DNA of 63,260 nucleotides, the filler included. It is 8 parts of 8 records of this genome, joined end to end, with 100 filler letters (N's around TTAATTAATTAA, not from the genome) between each part and the next. Parts side by side here need not be neighbours in the genome. Positions count along the whole stretch, not along the records: positions 56,363 to 63,260 come from SRR2962707_3924; 7 more parts are not named here. The stretch is one strand, 5' to 3'. Positions 61,439 through 63,260 of the stretch are shown here, in pieces. The first letter of the stretch is position 1. Each line of letters starts with the position of its first letter. Below the pieces are notes generated by a model. It did not search any database, was not told the origin of the DNA, and worked only from the letters and a program-made list of their open reading frames with translations. Both the position numbers and the translations under genes were made by a program.

Positions 61439-62053
61439 GTGGCTGTTCGTTACATCCAGACTTGCCGGCTGCCAACCCCTTTCGGCGTTTTCGACATGCA
61501 CGGCTTTGAAGAGCCGGACACCGGAAAGGAGCACGTGGCGCTTACGCTGGGTGACCTCAACAGTCCGGAGCCGATGCTGGCGCGGACCCACTCCGAGTGC
61601 CTGACCGGTGATGCCCTGTACAGCATGCGCTGTGACTGTGGTTATCAGTTGGAAGAAGCCTTGCGCAGTATTGCCCGCGAAGGTCGGGGCATTCTTATGT
61701 ACCTGCGCCAGGAAGGCCGGGGTATTGGGCTGCTGAACAAGATTCGTGCCTACAACCTGCAGGATCAGGGTGCGGATACGGTGGAAGCCAACGAACAACT
61801 CGGCTTTGCGGCTGACTTGCGGGACTACAGCATGTGCCGGGATATGTTGGCGCACCTGGGCATTCGTAGCCTGAGGCTGATGACCAATAACCCCCGTAAG
61901 GTAGATGCTTTGACCGATCTGGGTATAGAAATAGCGGAGCGCGTCCCTCTGCACGTGGGGCGCAACCCCCACAATGAGCATTACCTCAATACCAAGCAGA
62001 GCAAGCTCGGACACTGGTTCGAGACCCACCAGGACGACGATCCCGCCGTCTGA
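61439..62053 (+). CDS. ribA: GTP cyclohydrolase II
   Basis: [26 protein letters not shown] and LMTNNPRK. Confidence 0.96.
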   Translation: MAVRYIQTCRLPTPFGVFDMHGFEEPDTGKEHVALTLGDLNSPEPMLARTHSECLTGDALYSMRCDCGYQLEEALRSIAREGRGILMYLRQEGRGIGLLNKIRAYNLQDQGADTVEANEQLGFAADLRDYSMCRDMLAHLGIRSLRLMTNNPRKVDALTDLGIEIAERVPLHVGRNPHNEHYLNTKQSKLGHWFETHQDDDPAV

Positions 62054-62071
62054 TGTGATCTCTTCGCGTGT

Positions 62072-63260
62072 TTATTGAACCGCCTTTAGCGACTGGTTGT
62101 ACTTCATTCGCTCCAGGCGGGTTTCAATAGTGTGCCTGATACCTTCGGCATCCAGTCCACAGGAAGACAGCAACTCGCCGTGCTTACCGTGATCTATGAA
62201 GGTGTCTGGCAGGCCGATCTGAAGCACCGGCTGGCTGACATCCCGACTGTTCAGGAATTCCGTCACCGCGCTGCCCGCTCCGCCGGCAATGGCGTTCTCT
62301 TCAATCGTAACCAGCAGGTCATGCTTTTCCGCCAATGCCAGGATGAGCTCTTCATCCAACGGTTTTACAAAGCGCATGTCGGCGACAGTGGCGCCCAGAG
62401 ACTTGGCAGCCTCCAGTGCGGGCGTGAGCAGTGTGCCGAAGTTGAGTATGGCAACCCCTGAGCCTTCTTTCACGAGCCGACCCTTGCCGATCGGTAGTGG
62501 AGCCAGCTCGCGGACCATCTCTGCACCCGGGCCTGTGCCCCGTGGGTAGCGCACTGCCGCCGGCCCCTCAAACAGCATACCTGTGTGCAGCAGTTGCCGG
62601 GTTTCGTTTTCGTCAGAGGGAGTCATCACGATCATGTTCGGGACACAGCGCAAGTAGCTGATGTCAAACGCGCCTGCGTGAGTGGGGCCGTCTTCGCCGA
62701 CCAGCCCGGCGCGGTCAATCGCGAACAGGACGTCCAGGTTCTGTATGGCCACGTCATGGATCAGCTGATCGTAGGCACGCTGCAGGAACGTCGAATAGAT
62801 CGCCACCACCGGTTTGGCGCCGTCACAGGCAAGGCCCGCCGCCAGGGTGACGGAATGCTGTTCGGCAATGGCGACGTCGAAATACCGGTCCGGGAAGCGT
62901 TGGGAGAACGCCAGAAGATCGGAGCCTTCACACATGGCGGGGGTGATCCCCACAATGCGGTCGTCGGCTTCTGCGGCGTCGCAGAGCCATTGGCCAAACA
63001 CGTTGGCGTATTTCAGCTTCGATGGCTTCGGAGCAACCGGTTCTGGCTTGCTGGGCGGCACCGGTTCGATCTTGTTGATGGCATGGTAGCCGATTGGATC
63101 GGCTTCGGCCGGGGCGAAACCCTTGCCCTTGGTGGTGACCACGTGGAGGAATTGCGGTCCGTCCAGTTCGCGGATGTTCTCCAGAGTCTCCAGCAGCAGA
63201 GGCAGGTCATGGCCGTCGATGGGGCCGATGTAGTTGAACCCCAGCTCCTCAAACAGCGTG
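62072..63260 (-). CDS. dxs: 1-deoxy-D-xylulose-5-phosphate synthase, 5' part beyond the window end
   Basis: [49 protein letters not shown] and AVRYPRG. Confidence 0.97.
   Translation of the reverse strand, partial: TLFEELGFNYIGPIDGHDLPLLLETLENIRELDGPQFLHVVTTKGKGFAPAEADPIGYHAINKIEPVPPSKPEPVAPKPSKLKYANVFGQWLCDAAEADDRIVGITPAMCEGSDLLAFSQRFPDRYFDVAIAEQHSVTLAAGLACDGAKPVVAIYSTFLQRAYDQLIHDVAIQNLDVLFAIDRAGLVGEDGPTHAGAFDISYLRCVPNMIVMTPSDENETRQLLHTGMLFEGPAAVRYPRGTGPGAEMVRELAPLPIGKGRLVKEGSGVAILNFGTLLTPALEAAKSLGATVADMRFVKPLDEELILALAEKHDLLVTIEENAIAGGAGSAVTEFLNSRDVSQPVLQIGLPDTFIDHGKHGELLSSCGLDAEGIRHTIETRLERMKYNQSLKAVQ

Overview
The window is not one genome. It is eight unrelated contigs joined by 100-nt artificial spacers (N-run, TTAATTAATTAA, N-run), probably from a mixed culture or metagenome of a marine protist with associated bacteria. 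All taxonomic labels below are impressions from protein similarity, not search results. (1) 1-10943, Rhodobacteraceae-like: an RND efflux pair, a guanidine-I riboswitch operon (ABC importer, GdmH-type guanidine hydrolase, uncharacterised His-rich protein) and TctDE with a solute-binding protein. (2) 11044-16773, eukaryote with introns: REXO-type DEDDh exonuclease and NAMPT. (3) 16874-22230, Rhodospirillales/Thalassospira-like: an AT-richer three-gene envelope operon (OmpA lipoprotein, multi-TM coiled-coil protein, secreted vWA-like protein) between ordinary genes. (4) 22331-34313, Rhizobiales/Hoeflea-like: znuCA with Zur boxes, DUF808, RND pair, idi, MFS, ArsR/NIPSNAP/ABM triad, an EcfG-promoter small protein, GST and a tRNA-Pro 3' end. 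(5) 34414-42526, Marinobacter-like: yadGH, lipoproteins, a degenerate HD-GYP, PilZ and a Fur-regulated Fe3+ ABC importer. (6) 42627-48170, eukaryote: a METTL21-like methyltransferase and a RIO1 kinase whose first exon also encodes a TSR2 domain and a Tudor-like domain. (7) 48271-56262, eukaryote: RRP12 and a Cys-less pentameric ligand-gated ion channel. (8) 56363-63260, Marinobacter-like: secA, argJ, mutT-thiE, moaC, ribA, dxs. The best novelty candidates are the TSR2-Tudor-RIO1 fusion, the HypAB-less guanidine hydrolase operon with a candidate new nickel chaperone, and the uncharacterised OmpA/TM/vWA-like operon.
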